Virus record (IMG/VR): IMGVR_UViG_3300028840_002847
Coordinates: 2,188-66,187 of that record
From: a virus
Lineage: Duplodnaviria; Caudoviricetes
DNA length: 64,000 nucleotides
Direction: 5' to 3' (one strand)
The translations under genes were made by a program, and so were the position numbers. Below the pieces are notes generated by a model. That model worked only from the letters and a program-made list of their open reading frames with translations, searched no databases and had not been told where the DNA came from. Of this stretch, positions 55,415 to 64,000 are shown in pieces. Each line of letters begins with the position of its first letter. Position 1 is the stretch's first letter.

Positions 55415-56152
55415 TCAAACCTCGTCGTCTTCGTTCTCCAAAGCATTGCCGAAGTTGGACTCTAATACCGGGGCGCTGAATACAAATCCTTGATTGCCCC
55501 GGTACACTTCTACGATGACCTTCACCAGTGGTCTCTGTCTAAGCTCTTTATCTGGTATCCGGTCTTTAGGATTGTGCGCATGGAGATATCTCAAGAGCGC
55601 CTTGCCAGCGATAAGCTGACAGTTTTGGCTCTTGACCTTGTCCACAGATTCGTTGTTCGCCGTCATAATTCTTCGGGCGTTCAACTTCTCCTTATAGTCT
55701 GTGAACATCTCCCTCAGCGCTGTTTTAGTTAAGCCCGGCAGGAACGGTTTGAAATACTGGAAAAGGTTTGCCACCCCTTCAATATCAAGCCGCATAGCCG
55801 TTGTAGAATCGCCTAATAGTTCTAGGCGATCTAGGGCGCTCTTAGGAGCTTCTTTTGTCACCTCAATAGCAAGGAGCACCGCACCTCGGACTCTCAAGAC
55901 GTCGGCTATCTTATACCCTCCCTTAGGAGCGGGTTTGTTTGCCGGCTGCCGGGTCTGGATGCCTACGGGCATCTTACCGCCGTAGGATTCCGGGTCCATC
56001 ATCACCTGCTCTATGTGCCTGCAGGTTCGATTTCTCCGCCACGCCCAACATGAGCAGCCATAGCGCCCTTGCCTATCTACTGAGACGACATACTCCTTAG
56101 TGTGGTCCGTCCCGCTAGGCACGAGCCACCTATAGACCCATCTGTCTCCCAT
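55415..56152 (-). CDS. SWIM zinc-finger protein
   Basis: Y.V....CSCWAW....CRH; SD AAGGAGG. Confidence 0.7.
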   Translation of the reverse strand: MGDRWVYRWLVPSGTDHTKEYVVSVDRQGRYGCSCWAWRRNRTCRHIEQVMMDPESYGGKMPVGIQTRQPANKPAPKGGYKIADVLRVRGAVLLAIEVTKEAPKSALDRLELLGDSTTAMRLDIEGVANLFQYFKPFLPGLTKTALREMFTDYKEKLNARRIMTANNESVDKVKSQNCQLIAGKALLRYLHAHNPKDRIPDKELRQRPLVKVIVEVYRGNQGFVFSAPVLESNFGNALENEDDEV

Positions 56153-56162
56153 TGTGTCCTCC

Positions 56163-56555
56163 TTATTCTTTGAACACCGCTCTGACATTAGTGTCCTTTT
56201 TGATTCTTCTAAGCCGGGAATCAATCGCCTTCTGTCTCCCCTTGAGGGTCTTGGTATAAATCTTCCCTAGGGTCGTACTAAAGCTCTTGTTCCTGACATA
56301 TACAGGCCAGCCTAAGAATACTAGGTGCCCATGCTCACATCGCGGGCAAGGGCCTTTGTAACTCTTCCGGAGCGTTTCCCTTCGGTAGGTAATGATTTCA
56401 ACCTTCCCGTTATCCATCTCCTTCTTCCAGAGCAGGTACTTAATCTTGTTCCCTGTCTGGAACTTGCGCTTACATAAGGCGCATTCAAACATCGCCTTAC
56501 TGTCATAATAGACAAACCAATCTGGGTGGTCTGTCTTATAGGCGTATAAAGCCAT
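56163..56555 (-). CDS. zinc-binding hypothetical protein
   Basis: CALC...CPRC. Confidence 0.55.
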   Translation of the reverse strand: MALYAYKTDHPDWFVYYDSKAMFECALCKRKFQTGNKIKYLLWKKEMDNGKVEIITYRRETLRKSYKGPCPRCEHGHLVFLGWPVYVRNKSFSTTLGKIYTKTLKGRQKAIDSRLRRIKKDTNVRAVFKE

Positions 56556-56576
56556 TCTCCCCTCCTTTGTTATTGG

Positions 56577-57215
56577 TTATTTCCAGTTTATATTTGGGTG
56601 CCAGTGTTGCCATTTTCTAGGGTTAGCCACTTCCCTTACCTCAGCGCCACAGCCTTTACAATAAGATGCCGTGTCATACCCTCTCCCTGTCTCAAGGTTG
56701 CGCAAGTCTTCCATCTTTACCTTCTGATACATCGCTATTTCGCGACCATCCTCAGCTAACCGATACCAAAGCCTTTGGTAGACTATATAAGGGTCACCTT
56801 TATGGGTGAGGATTTCGGGAGATTCTACGTCCATCGCATGGACAACCTCCTGCCAGCCATATTGAGGACAGCGGACGTGAGTCTTTTGAATTAGGCGGTA
56901 GGCTTCGGCATACTTATCCTCAGCCTTGGCGGCTTCACCTTGCAAGCGCTCAAGCTCGTCCTCGGCATTGGCTACTGTGATTTCAATATCTCGGATCGTT
57001 GCCGTAGCATCTTGGAAGGGCGCCATGCTCAGTCCTTCAATCTTGCTAGGGATCGATCGGGCATAGGCTCTAATATCCTTTAGGCGGCGGGTGATGAAAT
57101 CCATATGCTCTTCCATCATCTCTTCAGGGGGCCTTAGTCTCATAGCTTCCACAAGATCGAATGGGCGCTTTGTAGGGCCTAGCCACTTCTTTATCTGATC
57201 TTTAACTGTCGGCAT
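56577..57215 (-). CDS. coiled-coil hypothetical protein
   Basis: SD AGGAGG; heptad region. Confidence 0.55.
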   Translation of the reverse strand: MPTVKDQIKKWLGPTKRPFDLVEAMRLRPPEEMMEEHMDFITRRLKDIRAYARSIPSKIEGLSMAPFQDATATIRDIEITVANAEDELERLQGEAAKAEDKYAEAYRLIQKTHVRCPQYGWQEVVHAMDVESPEILTHKGDPYIVYQRLWYRLAEDGREIAMYQKVKMEDLRNLETGRGYDTASYCKGCGAEVREVANPRKWQHWHPNINWK

Positions 57216-57384
57216 TAGACACCTCCTGTCATCTATAGTGATTATTCTTAATACCTAGGGTAAGGGTTACCCTAGTAAACCCGTCAGGCGGGCACTGAGA
57301 GGGCGGTTTTCTAGCCCTCTTTATACCCTCCTGCAGTAAGAGGCGAAAGCGCTTTGATACGCTCCCGCCCCGCCTCCTGTCTCC

Positions 57385-57597
57385 TCAAGGCTCTATCCTC
57401 TTGCGCTCCCACTCCCGCTCTACTTCCCCGGGGAGGGGATCCATAATCCGCTTGCCACAAAAAGGACAACGGTCCGCAATAAAGGCACCTTCGCTGTCGC
57501 TCCACCTCACCACCTCAGCGGTGATAGTATTGCAGGACTCGCAAAGGACTTCCTCCTCCCTAACCACCACTCTTACTCTGTCCGCTATCCGGCTCAT
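57385..57597 (-). CDS. zinc-ribbon protein
   Basis: CESC...CPFCG; SD AAGGAGG. Confidence 0.55.
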   Translation of the reverse strand: MSRIADRVRVVVREEEVLCESCNTITAEVVRWSDSEGAFIADRCPFCGKRIMDPLPGEVEREWERKRIEP

Positions 57598-57853
57598 CGG
57601 GTCCTCCTTGTTCGGGTTCATTGCTTGCTTGCGCCTCAGCCTCGCTGATATACTTCTGGGTAAGGTATTGATCAAGCCTGCTAGCGGCTCGCCTTATCCT
57701 CGGGTTCCGGTTAAGGGTGTCATCAAGCTCATGGTTGGCGCTGTGGACTTCTTCTATCAGCCTATGGAAAAGATAGTTCTGTCTCTCATCTTTTTCATTG
57801 GCCGCATAGCATTGTAAGAACGCCCTCGCCATTACATCAAAACTAAAGCTCAT
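57560..57853 (-). CDS. hypothetical protein
   Basis: SD AAGGAGG before ATG 57853. Confidence 0.5.
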   Translation of the reverse strand: MSFSFDVMARAFLQCYAANEKDERQNYLFHRLIEEVHSANHELDDTLNRNPRIRRAASRLDQYLTQKYISEAEAQASNEPEQGGPDEPDSGQSKSGG

Positions 57854-57892
57854 AGGTCCTCCTTCTTTGCCCTTGCTTAATTGCAAGGTAAT

Positions 57893-57922
57893 GGTGGGCG
57901 GCGCTGTGACACGTCGCCCACC
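57893..57922. repeat. conserved-loop hairpin, copy 1
   Basis: GGTGGGCGGCG-CTGTGACA-CGTCGCCCACC. Confidence 0.7.
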
Positions 57923-57937
57923 TAGCCCCTCATTAGA

Positions 57938-59359
57938 CTATTTGATTATCTTTACAACCTCACCATAGGGTACCTCCTTCTGGAATTGATCCGTCTTTTT
58001 CCCGTCGCTTGTCAGGACCCAGAGGACGGGATAATCTGGTTCCTTAGCATACTTATTCGCATAGCCGTCAGTCATATAAAGCAGACCGCTCGGCTCTATG
58101 TCATGCTCCTCGACATACTCAAAGGCGATATCAAAAGTAGTACCGCCCCTGCCCTGTATCTCAAACTGCTCCGGCTTGAGGGGAAGGTCGTCGCTACTAA
58201 ATGACTGCGGTTTATGGACTTGGGTATCAGCCCACAGCAGGAGCACCTCAACCTCAAACTGCTCCATAAAACCGATCGTCTCAGACACGACCTCGCACAG
58301 CGCTTCCTTATCCATTGACCCGCTTGAGTCGCAGACTACTACTATCGGGCCAAGCTCTGGGCTCTGCAGGCTAGGAGCGTAAAGCCCTCGCCGTTTCGCG
58401 TCCTCGTCACCTTCGGTCCAATCGTACTCGTTGGCTCCTATCTCATCTAGCCAATCAATGATATAGGTTGTGAAATTGATCGTTGGTTGAAATATTTCGC
58501 TGAGGATTGCCTCTATGCCTGCCGTACCAAAACCGGCCTGCTTGGCAACCGCCGCCGCTGTCTGAACCTTCTGCCGCCAGCGCTGTAACTCCGTCCTTTT
58601 CTCCTGCTCGCTTGCGGCCCGTCCGGTAACCGGACTCTTATAATCTTCAACTCCACCGCAGCCGCCCGGGTCTGGCGCAGCCTGCGAACCTTTCCCGCCT
58701 GCTTGCCCGGGTTGAGGGGTGCCTTGCCCCTGCCCCTGCCCTTTGCCTTGCGGCTTCTGGTTAGGAGCCTGCCCGCTCTGCGGCTGGGTAGGTTTCCCTT
58801 GCGCTTGCGGTTGCCCCTGCCCTTGCCCTTGCTTAGGCGGGCTCTGAGGGCTTTGACTCTGCCCCTGTCCCTGCCCCTGTCCTCCTTGGGGAGAGGAACC
58901 GTCTTGCTTGGGGGGAGGATTCTCCTTGCTGTGCCCTGCCGCTACTAGCAAGCCATATACCTGCTCCGCTGACTTCCCTTTAAAGCGCTCTTCGCAATAG
59001 CACCAATCCGGAATGATAAACAACGGGTTACGCTGTCTGTCCGTCATATATTTCATGATGAGGTTAACGGCATGGTCGCAAGCTATATTCCAAAGGTACG
59101 GATCCCGGTTGCCTCGCCTGAGGTGATGCCCTAAAGCACAATGGGCAACCTCATGGCAGAGGACGAACTTAACCAAGTCCATCGTCAGCTTGAGGACGAA
59201 GTCCGGGTTATACCTTATCCGGCTACCGTCGGTTGACATCGTTTCAATGGAGCCGTCCTCAACCATCGGCATACCTAGCAACATACCTGCGAACCAAACT
59301 AAGCGCAGGACAATCACGGACCGGGCCTTACTTAAAACAACACTCGCCTTACTTTTCAT
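57938..59359 (-). CDS. DUF2201-type metallopeptidase-vWA protein
   Basis: STDG, HEVAH..L.H..R, WNIACD; Gln/Gly/Pro linker; DSSGSM MIDAS, GRGGT, TDG. Confidence 0.9.
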   Translation of the reverse strand: MKSKASVVLSKARSVIVLRLVWFAGMLLGMPMVEDGSIETMSTDGSRIRYNPDFVLKLTMDLVKFVLCHEVAHCALGHHLRRGNRDPYLWNIACDHAVNLIMKYMTDRQRNPLFIIPDWCYCEERFKGKSAEQVYGLLVAAGHSKENPPPKQDGSSPQGGQGQGQGQSQSPQSPPKQGQGQGQPQAQGKPTQPQSGQAPNQKPQGKGQGQGQGTPQPGQAGGKGSQAAPDPGGCGGVEDYKSPVTGRAASEQEKRTELQRWRQKVQTAAAVAKQAGFGTAGIEAILSEIFQPTINFTTYIIDWLDEIGANEYDWTEGDEDAKRRGLYAPSLQSPELGPIVVVCDSSGSMDKEALCEVVSETIGFMEQFEVEVLLLWADTQVHKPQSFSSDDLPLKPEQFEIQGRGGTTFDIAFEYVEEHDIEPSGLLYMTDGYANKYAKEPDYPVLWVLTSDGKKTDQFQKEVPYGEVVKIIK

Positions 59360-59399
59360 ACACACCTCCTTGTGGTGGGTTTTGGTTTATACTGCTAGG

Positions 59400-59429
59400 G
59401 CGGGGAAGGGCTTCGACACCCTCCCCCGC
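59400..59429. repeat. conserved-loop hairpin, copy 2
   Basis: GCGGGGAAGGG-CTTCGACA-CCCTCCCCCGC. Confidence 0.75.
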
Positions 59430-59451
59430 TATTACCTCCTTGGGCGGGGTC

Positions 59452-60330
59452 TTAAATCACGCCCTTGAGTTTCTTGAGGATCGCCTCAGCGTCTTTGGCG
59501 ACCTGATTCCGGGTTTTAGGATCGTCGGCAAGCGTGTCCCGATCGATCTTAGTGAGCTTCTCCTCTACCTGCTTCCGGACGGCCTCAAGGTCGGGGTCGT
59601 CAAATATATTGAGCTTCGGTATGAGGGTAACCAAGTCAACGAGATTGCCAACGAGGCTCTCCCGGATAACCGGCTTCTCTTTCTTCACCGTCGCTATCAG
59701 GTGAGTCAGCGCCTCAGCTATCCGGCGGTAGGGGTCCTTGAGAGCCTCAGCAAGACGTTCGCTGACTGCCTGCTCCGTGCTAGCCTGTATCCGGGCAAGC
59801 TCTTTCTTACTGAGGTCGACTCGAAAGTCACCCTTATCCGGGACGGGAGAGAACTCAATCCGCACGCCGAACTTTCCGCGGATATCGGAAGTGGACGGAT
59901 AATCGTTCTCGTCATACAGCCCGTTGAGTTGGCTTGCCCACTCCCGCTTCGCTCCCTCAAACTGCGCCGCAACCTTATCCGCAACCGCCTCAGCCCTACC
60001 CTGTATCTCGGTAAGGACTTCGAGGTATTGAAAATAGTTTGCGGACGGGAGCAGGCGATAACCACCGTCTTCCCACGGGAGCGTATTAAGGGTGTGGTAC
60101 TTCCGCACCTCTTCCTTAATCGCCCGGAACTCTTTCAGGAAATCGGGGTGGACGAGGAACTTATTGTAGCGCCCCGGCTCAACCTTGACGCTGTGAAGCT
60201 CTGCAACCTCAGCGCCGATTTTCTTGTCTATCTTCTGCCCGGACCACATCGAGACTCTCAGCTGAACAATCAGCGCTTTCTCGGTTATGGTCGCTCCAGC
60301 CTTACGGGTTACATCTTTTTTCTTTGTCAT
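59452..60330 (-). CDS. DUF3150-like protein of the MoxR/vWA triad
   Basis: WSGQK.D, TLPW.D.G.RLLP, DYP, LNI.DDP.L. Confidence 0.7.
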   Translation of the reverse strand: MTKKKDVTRKAGATITEKALIVQLRVSMWSGQKIDKKIGAEVAELHSVKVEPGRYNKFLVHPDFLKEFRAIKEEVRKYHTLNTLPWEDGGYRLLPSANYFQYLEVLTEIQGRAEAVADKVAAQFEGAKREWASQLNGLYDENDYPSTSDIRGKFGVRIEFSPVPDKGDFRVDLSKKELARIQASTEQAVSERLAEALKDPYRRIAEALTHLIATVKKEKPVIRESLVGNLVDLVTLIPKLNIFDDPDLEAVRKQVEEKLTKIDRDTLADDPKTRNQVAKDAEAILKKLKGVI

Positions 60331-60447
60331 GATTCTTATCTCCTATCTTGCTATTGTGAGCAGCCTTATGACCGCTCGTTTTAGGTTAGTCTTTCTACTG
60401 CACCGCTAGCGCTCCTCCTAGCACTAGCGGGTTAGGGTTACGGCTGC

Positions 60448-61458
60448 TCAACTGCTGTGGATACTGCTATGCTGAACGGCCCAACTTTGAAAAGCACTGC
60501 AAGCCGCCGTCTCCGGCAAGCGCTCTACGCAATCCATAACCAGCATGGTGGAAAATTCATGCGGTAACCGGTTAGCATAGGCAATGATTGAATCAATGGT
60601 ATCGTCTGCCGCCCGGGCCGCAAGCGCTACGCAGGTCGCATACAAAATATCGGTCTGCGAAGTCTCGTCCGGTATGGGAGCCGAGTCCGGCTTGAGGATA
60701 ATGAGGTCCGGATTAGGCATCTCTTTGTGCTTGCGGTGAAAGTCATAAAACTTAGCGCCCGCCTGCTCTCCTACTAGCCCTGAGAATAGCTCTGGCAGGA
60801 CCTCTTCCGGATATTCATCCCAAAGAACGTCGCTCACCTTTTCCCACGTCCTCGGGCAAGGATAGTTGCTCATATCCCGGGTGGCTTTGAAATTGACGAA
60901 ATTATCCTGATCAAATCTTACATAGGCTATTACCTCAGGGTTGATATTGTTTGCCAGCGCCCACTTACTCCACCCGTCTATGTCGGGGTCAAGCTCAAGC
61001 ATCCAAGCCGCCGCCGATTTCATTATCGGCATAAGACCCCGGACCCCGCTCTTGTCCTCCTTGCGGTTGGTGGCGATTATGATTACCACCTCGTCCGAGA
61101 TTTTCTTCCCGGCTAGCTCGCCGCCGTGAAAGAGTTGACGGAAAGGCGCTTGCACCGAGTCCAAAGCCTGCCCGAAGTCATCAGCGAAATAAACCGTCCG
61201 CTTGGTGACATTCATCAGCTTATACAAATCGCCGTAGGGCTTGTGCTCCGCATGGTCCCCGGCATCAAAGCCGTAACCCTGATAGGTTGTCGGGTTCGCA
61301 ACGGACGGGTGACCGAGGATCAAGTCGGCTTCCTCTAACTGCGCCGCCAAGTTGACCAGCGACGTCTTCCCCGTGCCGGGTAGGCTGTGGATAATCACGT
61401 TCCTTTTCTGACGGATCGCGATTCTCACGCACTCCAATACTGTCTGGGTTGTTGCCAT
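60448..61458 (-). CDS. MoxR-like AAA+ ATPase
   Basis: PGTGKTS Walker A, FADDFGQA, ATNR..D, PCPRTWE. Confidence 0.9.
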   Translation of the reverse strand: MATTQTVLECVRIAIRQKRNVIIHSLPGTGKTSLVNLAAQLEEADLILGHPSVANPTTYQGYGFDAGDHAEHKPYGDLYKLMNVTKRTVYFADDFGQALDSVQAPFRQLFHGGELAGKKISDEVVIIIATNRKEDKSGVRGLMPIMKSAAAWMLELDPDIDGWSKWALANNINPEVIAYVRFDQDNFVNFKATRDMSNYPCPRTWEKVSDVLWDEYPEEVLPELFSGLVGEQAGAKFYDFHRKHKEMPNPDLIILKPDSAPIPDETSQTDILYATCVALAARAADDTIDSIIAYANRLPHEFSTMLVMDCVERLPETAACSAFQSWAVQHSSIHSS

Positions 61459-61623
61459 TTTACTTACCTCCTATGGTTAGGTTTTACTGCACTATTAAGC
61501 TAGGTTAGTCTGCCCTCAGTCCTCAGCCGGGGCAGGGCTCTTTTGGTTTATGATAAATCTTGGTTCCTGTTTAGTCTCGGTTCTGTATGACCACCCACCT
61601 TGGTTCTAGGGTAGCCTTGTATC

Positions 61624-61653
61624 TCGGACCGGGGCTTCGACACCTCGATCCGA
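61624..61653. repeat. conserved-loop hairpin, copy 3
   Basis: TCGGACCGGGG-CTTCGACA-CCTCGATCCGA. Confidence 0.75.
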
Positions 61654-61658
61654 TAGCC

Positions 61659-61886
61659 TCAAACTACATCTCTCATCTTGCGGCACTCAGCCCTCGTCAA
61701 CCTATCTATATGATAGTGGGTTACGCAATTGGCTATATCTATATCCGGCCTGATTATTATTACCTCATTAGGCTCTAGCAATGGGTCACGATTCAAACTG
61801 CTGACGGCTGCGGCGCATGGCTGGCACCTTATCGGCGACGTCTCAACCTTAATCGTTATCCACTTCCTTCCGTATTTGACTTCCAT
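61659..61886 (-). CDS. hypothetical protein
   Basis: SD AAGGAGG. Confidence 0.55.
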   Translation of the reverse strand: MEVKYGRKWITIKVETSPIRCQPCAAAVSSLNRDPLLEPNEVIIIRPDIDIANCVTHYHIDRLTRAECRKMRDVV

Positions 61887-61923
61887 AATTCCTCCTTATT
61901 TAGGGTGGGTTAGAACTGCTTTA

Positions 61924-62202
61924 TTAAACTGCTTGCGCTTCGAGGTAGCGGCCAAGCTCGCTCAGCGCCACGTCTTTCCTCAGCGCTCCCAACTCGCTCA
62001 GCGCTTGCGCCACGTCCTCTATCATCTCAGCGTCAAATATCACGCCAAGCTCTTCCCCGTTGTCAGCCCACGCTAGGAATAACCGCCCCTGCTTAATACA
62101 ACGGCATAGGCTAAACTCCCGGGCTGGCACTTTAGGCGCACCTAAGCGCCTCGCGTAGCGGTACATAAAACCCGTTACTATTACCTTTGCTTTATTCGCC
62201 AT
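61924..62202 (-). CDS. hypothetical protein
   Basis: SD GGAGG. Confidence 0.55.
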   Translation of the reverse strand: MANKAKVIVTGFMYRYARRLGAPKVPAREFSLCRCIKQGRLFLAWADNGEELGVIFDAEMIEDVAQALSELGALRKDVALSELGRYLEAQAV

Positions 62203-62395
62203 CTATTACCTCCACTTTAAGTTGTAAATCTTCGCCAAACATAAGAAGCGTACCTACGCCGGCGATCCAAACAAGCACGCTACCAAAGCCGCTGTCTCCT
62301 GTGTCCCTGACTTCGGCTTCCCTCCCGTATAACGGACCGCCCCGGAAACGGAGCCGATCCCCTTTACGGGTCTCCCACAGTCTCTTCATCTTCAT
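62192..62395 (-). CDS. small KOW-like beta protein
   Basis: KGDRLRFRGGPLYGREAEV; SD AAGGAGG. Confidence 0.5.
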   Translation of the reverse strand: MKMKRLWETRKGDRLRFRGGPLYGREAEVRDTGDSGFGSVLVWIAGVGTLLMFGEDLQLKVEVIDGE

Positions 62396-62697
62396 CTTCA
62401 CCTCCTTGGTTCGATGTTTTGGTTTTATTAAAAAGGGCAAGGGCAAGCTCGGCATCAATTTATAGTAATTGGGTGGGCCAAGCTCGGCACCCGCTCAGAT
62501 CTGCGTGTTGGTCGCCAGACTTGCGATCAGGCTGTCTGAGATCGGGTCAGCTGATGCTAGCAGACCCTCAAGCTAGGGCTGTCATATGGACGTGCAGAAC
62601 GCACTTCTAAGCGTGGTTCTCACCCTACCCTATACCCTAATAAGCCTCATCTTCAGCTGGGCGTCTAGCTTGCTAGCAGTTTTCCAAGCTAGTCAAT

Positions 62698-62729
62698 AAG
62701 CGCTTGAGGCTGCGACACCCCTAGCGCTT
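62698..62729. repeat. conserved-loop hairpin, copy 4
   Basis: AAGCGCTTGAGG-CTGCGACA-CCCCTAGCGCTT. Confidence 0.7.
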
Positions 62730-62820
62730 CAAAGCGCAGGCCCTCACCTGCTCTAACCCTTAGTCAGCTTAGGGTTCAGGGCAACCACCCTTATGAACCC
62801 TAAGCTCTCCTTAGGCTTCC

Positions 62821-63081
62821 TCAATCCCAACGGCTTAAGAATGCTTCATGCTCCCTTTGGGCCTTCCAATATGAAGCCCTTGCAATATAGAGCGCCTTAA
62901 GCAAGCGCCCTGCAACCATGCCTACATCTTTAGCGCTTGCTATATTGGAATAGGTTATCGCTGAAACGGTAGCAGAAATGATCGTCTTGCTATCCTGATC
63001 TCCATTTTGGACGATATTAAACCAAATCTCCTGCGCCCACTCTTTAATCTCCTCATTGGTAAAACTTTTGTTTGTCCTCAT
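62821..63081 (-). CDS. hypothetical protein
   Basis: SD AAGGAGG. Confidence 0.55.
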   Translation of the reverse strand: MRTNKSFTNEEIKEWAQEIWFNIVQNGDQDSKTIISATVSAITYSNIASAKDVGMVAGRLLKALYIARASYWKAQREHEAFLSRWD

Positions 63082-63161
63082 GCTCTCCTCCTTGTTCTCC
63101 TTATGGTTCGTGGCACCCTGCCCCTCAGAGCCTAAGCTCTCCTTAGTGTTTCTATGGTATG

Positions 63162-63191
63162 GCTAGCGCAGGCTTCGACACCTGCGCTAGC
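63162..63191. repeat. conserved-loop hairpin, copy 5
   Basis: GCTAGCGCAGG-CTTCGACA-CCTGCGCTAGC (perfect 11 bp). Confidence 0.8.
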
Positions 63192-63197
63192 TTGCGC

Positions 63198-63782
63198 TCA
63201 ATAAGTGAGCTGGCTGCCGGGTTTGAGGTATATGGTATAGTAACGACCAGCCTCGGTCCTGCTCGTATCTAGGAAGTTGAGGATTATCTCGCTCTCAGGT
63301 TTGTCGTGCTCAACCGCAACCTCGTCCCAATTCTTACGAATAATAGTGGAAATCTTTTTGATCATCCGAGGGCTTATCTCGTCCTCGCTCACAGGGTAGC
63401 CTCGTCTTTTCCCAGCTTCCTCAGCGCTTGCAGGGGTATAATAATACTTCCCTAAGCAACCACAGCGACAGCCGGGTTTTCCGGAATAAGCGGTGAGGAT
63501 ATCCTCTTCCCTAAAGCGCTTTGGCAATGCCTCAAGCGCTGCCTTAGCCGCCTGCTTCTCAGCAAGCGCAAGCGCTTTGGCGTCCAGCTCTTTAGCTATC
63601 AGCTTCGCATTAGAAAGCAAGCGCACCATAACCTCTATCGCCTCTGGTTTATTGCAGGAAGGGGCGCTCCACCTCAAGCGGGAAGTCCAACGATTTCCAT
63701 AGCGCAGGCAGGGCTTGGTTATTTCAACTTTCATACCCTCTTCCCAAATCTCAACTGTGCTACTATTTTCTTTTTTCTGCAT
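63198..63782 (-). CDS. hypothetical protein with GCxCGC motif
   Basis: YSGKPGCRCGCLGKY; SD AAGGAGG. Confidence 0.6.
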   Translation of the reverse strand: MQKKENSSTVEIWEEGMKVEITKPCLRYGNRWTSRLRWSAPSCNKPEAIEVMVRLLSNAKLIAKELDAKALALAEKQAAKAALEALPKRFREEDILTAYSGKPGCRCGCLGKYYYTPASAEEAGKRRGYPVSEDEISPRMIKKISTIIRKNWDEVAVEHDKPESEIILNFLDTSRTEAGRYYTIYLKPGSQLTY

Positions 63783-63877
63783 CTTATCCTCCTTGCCCTC
63801 TCAGGGCATTGGTGAGCTTAGGTTTTCGCACCACTAGGCGCTAGAGCCTAAGCTCTACTTATGCTTTATTGCATATG

Positions 63878-63906
63878 GGTTGAGCGGCTTCGACACCTGC
63901 TCAACC
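63878..63906. repeat. conserved-loop hairpin, copy 6
   Basis: GGTTGAGCGG-CTTCGACA-CCTGCTCAACC (one bulge). Confidence 0.75.
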
Positions 63907-64000
63907 TGTCCCTTCAAAGCGCTTTGGCTGTCCAGCTTCCTGATCTTGCTGACCCTTCGATATCCCAAGCATGACCCTCAGCGCACTTCATAACCATTTG

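Noticed and set aside
59233-60384. 383-aa plus-strand ORF
   Set aside because: Antisense shadow of the DUF3150-like gene, with no motifs or SD
62495-62520. sigma54 promoter (GG-N10-GC on the minus strand)
   Set aside because: The related block at 55.1 kb lacks the -12 GC and the TTGC consensus is poor
57893-63906. Conserved-loop hairpins as a CRISPR array or tRNA fragments
   Set aside because: Spacing is hundreds to thousands of bases with genes in between, the stems differ, and there is no cloverleaf or cas operon; the Cas4-like gene fits a phage recombination exonuclease
1-64000. Stop-codon reassignment, diversity-generating retroelement, introns/inteins, integrase
   Set aside because: Genes are full length in the standard code with all three stops used; no reverse transcriptase, intein or recombinase motifs were seen

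Overview
The window is most of a tailed dsDNA phage genome, probably a siphovirus (tail tube, chaperones and a 1738-aa tape measure, no sheath gene). No integrase, DNA polymerase, tRNA, rRNA or CRISPR array was recognised. The + strand (1-40.1 kb) carries, in order: a 7-deazaguanine DNA-modification module (HTH-QueD, QueE, FolE, a second QueD-like/DpdL-like T-fold protein, a GT-B glycosyltransferase, a DpdA/TGT-like transglycosylase, ParB-like and GP88-like genes, no QueC); terminase, portal and head genes; four exported proteins including a Pro/Thr-rich EEP nuclease; neck and tail genes interleaved with glycosyltransferases; and lysis candidates. The - strand (40.2-64 kb) carries many small early genes, a replication initiator, an annealase/exonuclease pair, a beta-clamp paralogue, a nucleotidyltransferase and a MoxR/vWA triad. 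Best leads: a predicted glycosylated 7-deazaguanine DNA hypermodification, a kissing-loop RNA at 51.3 kb, a family of intergenic hairpins with covarying stems and a conserved 8-nt loop, a probable virion glycosylation system, an origin-like element far from the initiator gene, and a distinct k-mer domain shared by both window ends. All calls come from motif recognition by eye; no searches were run.
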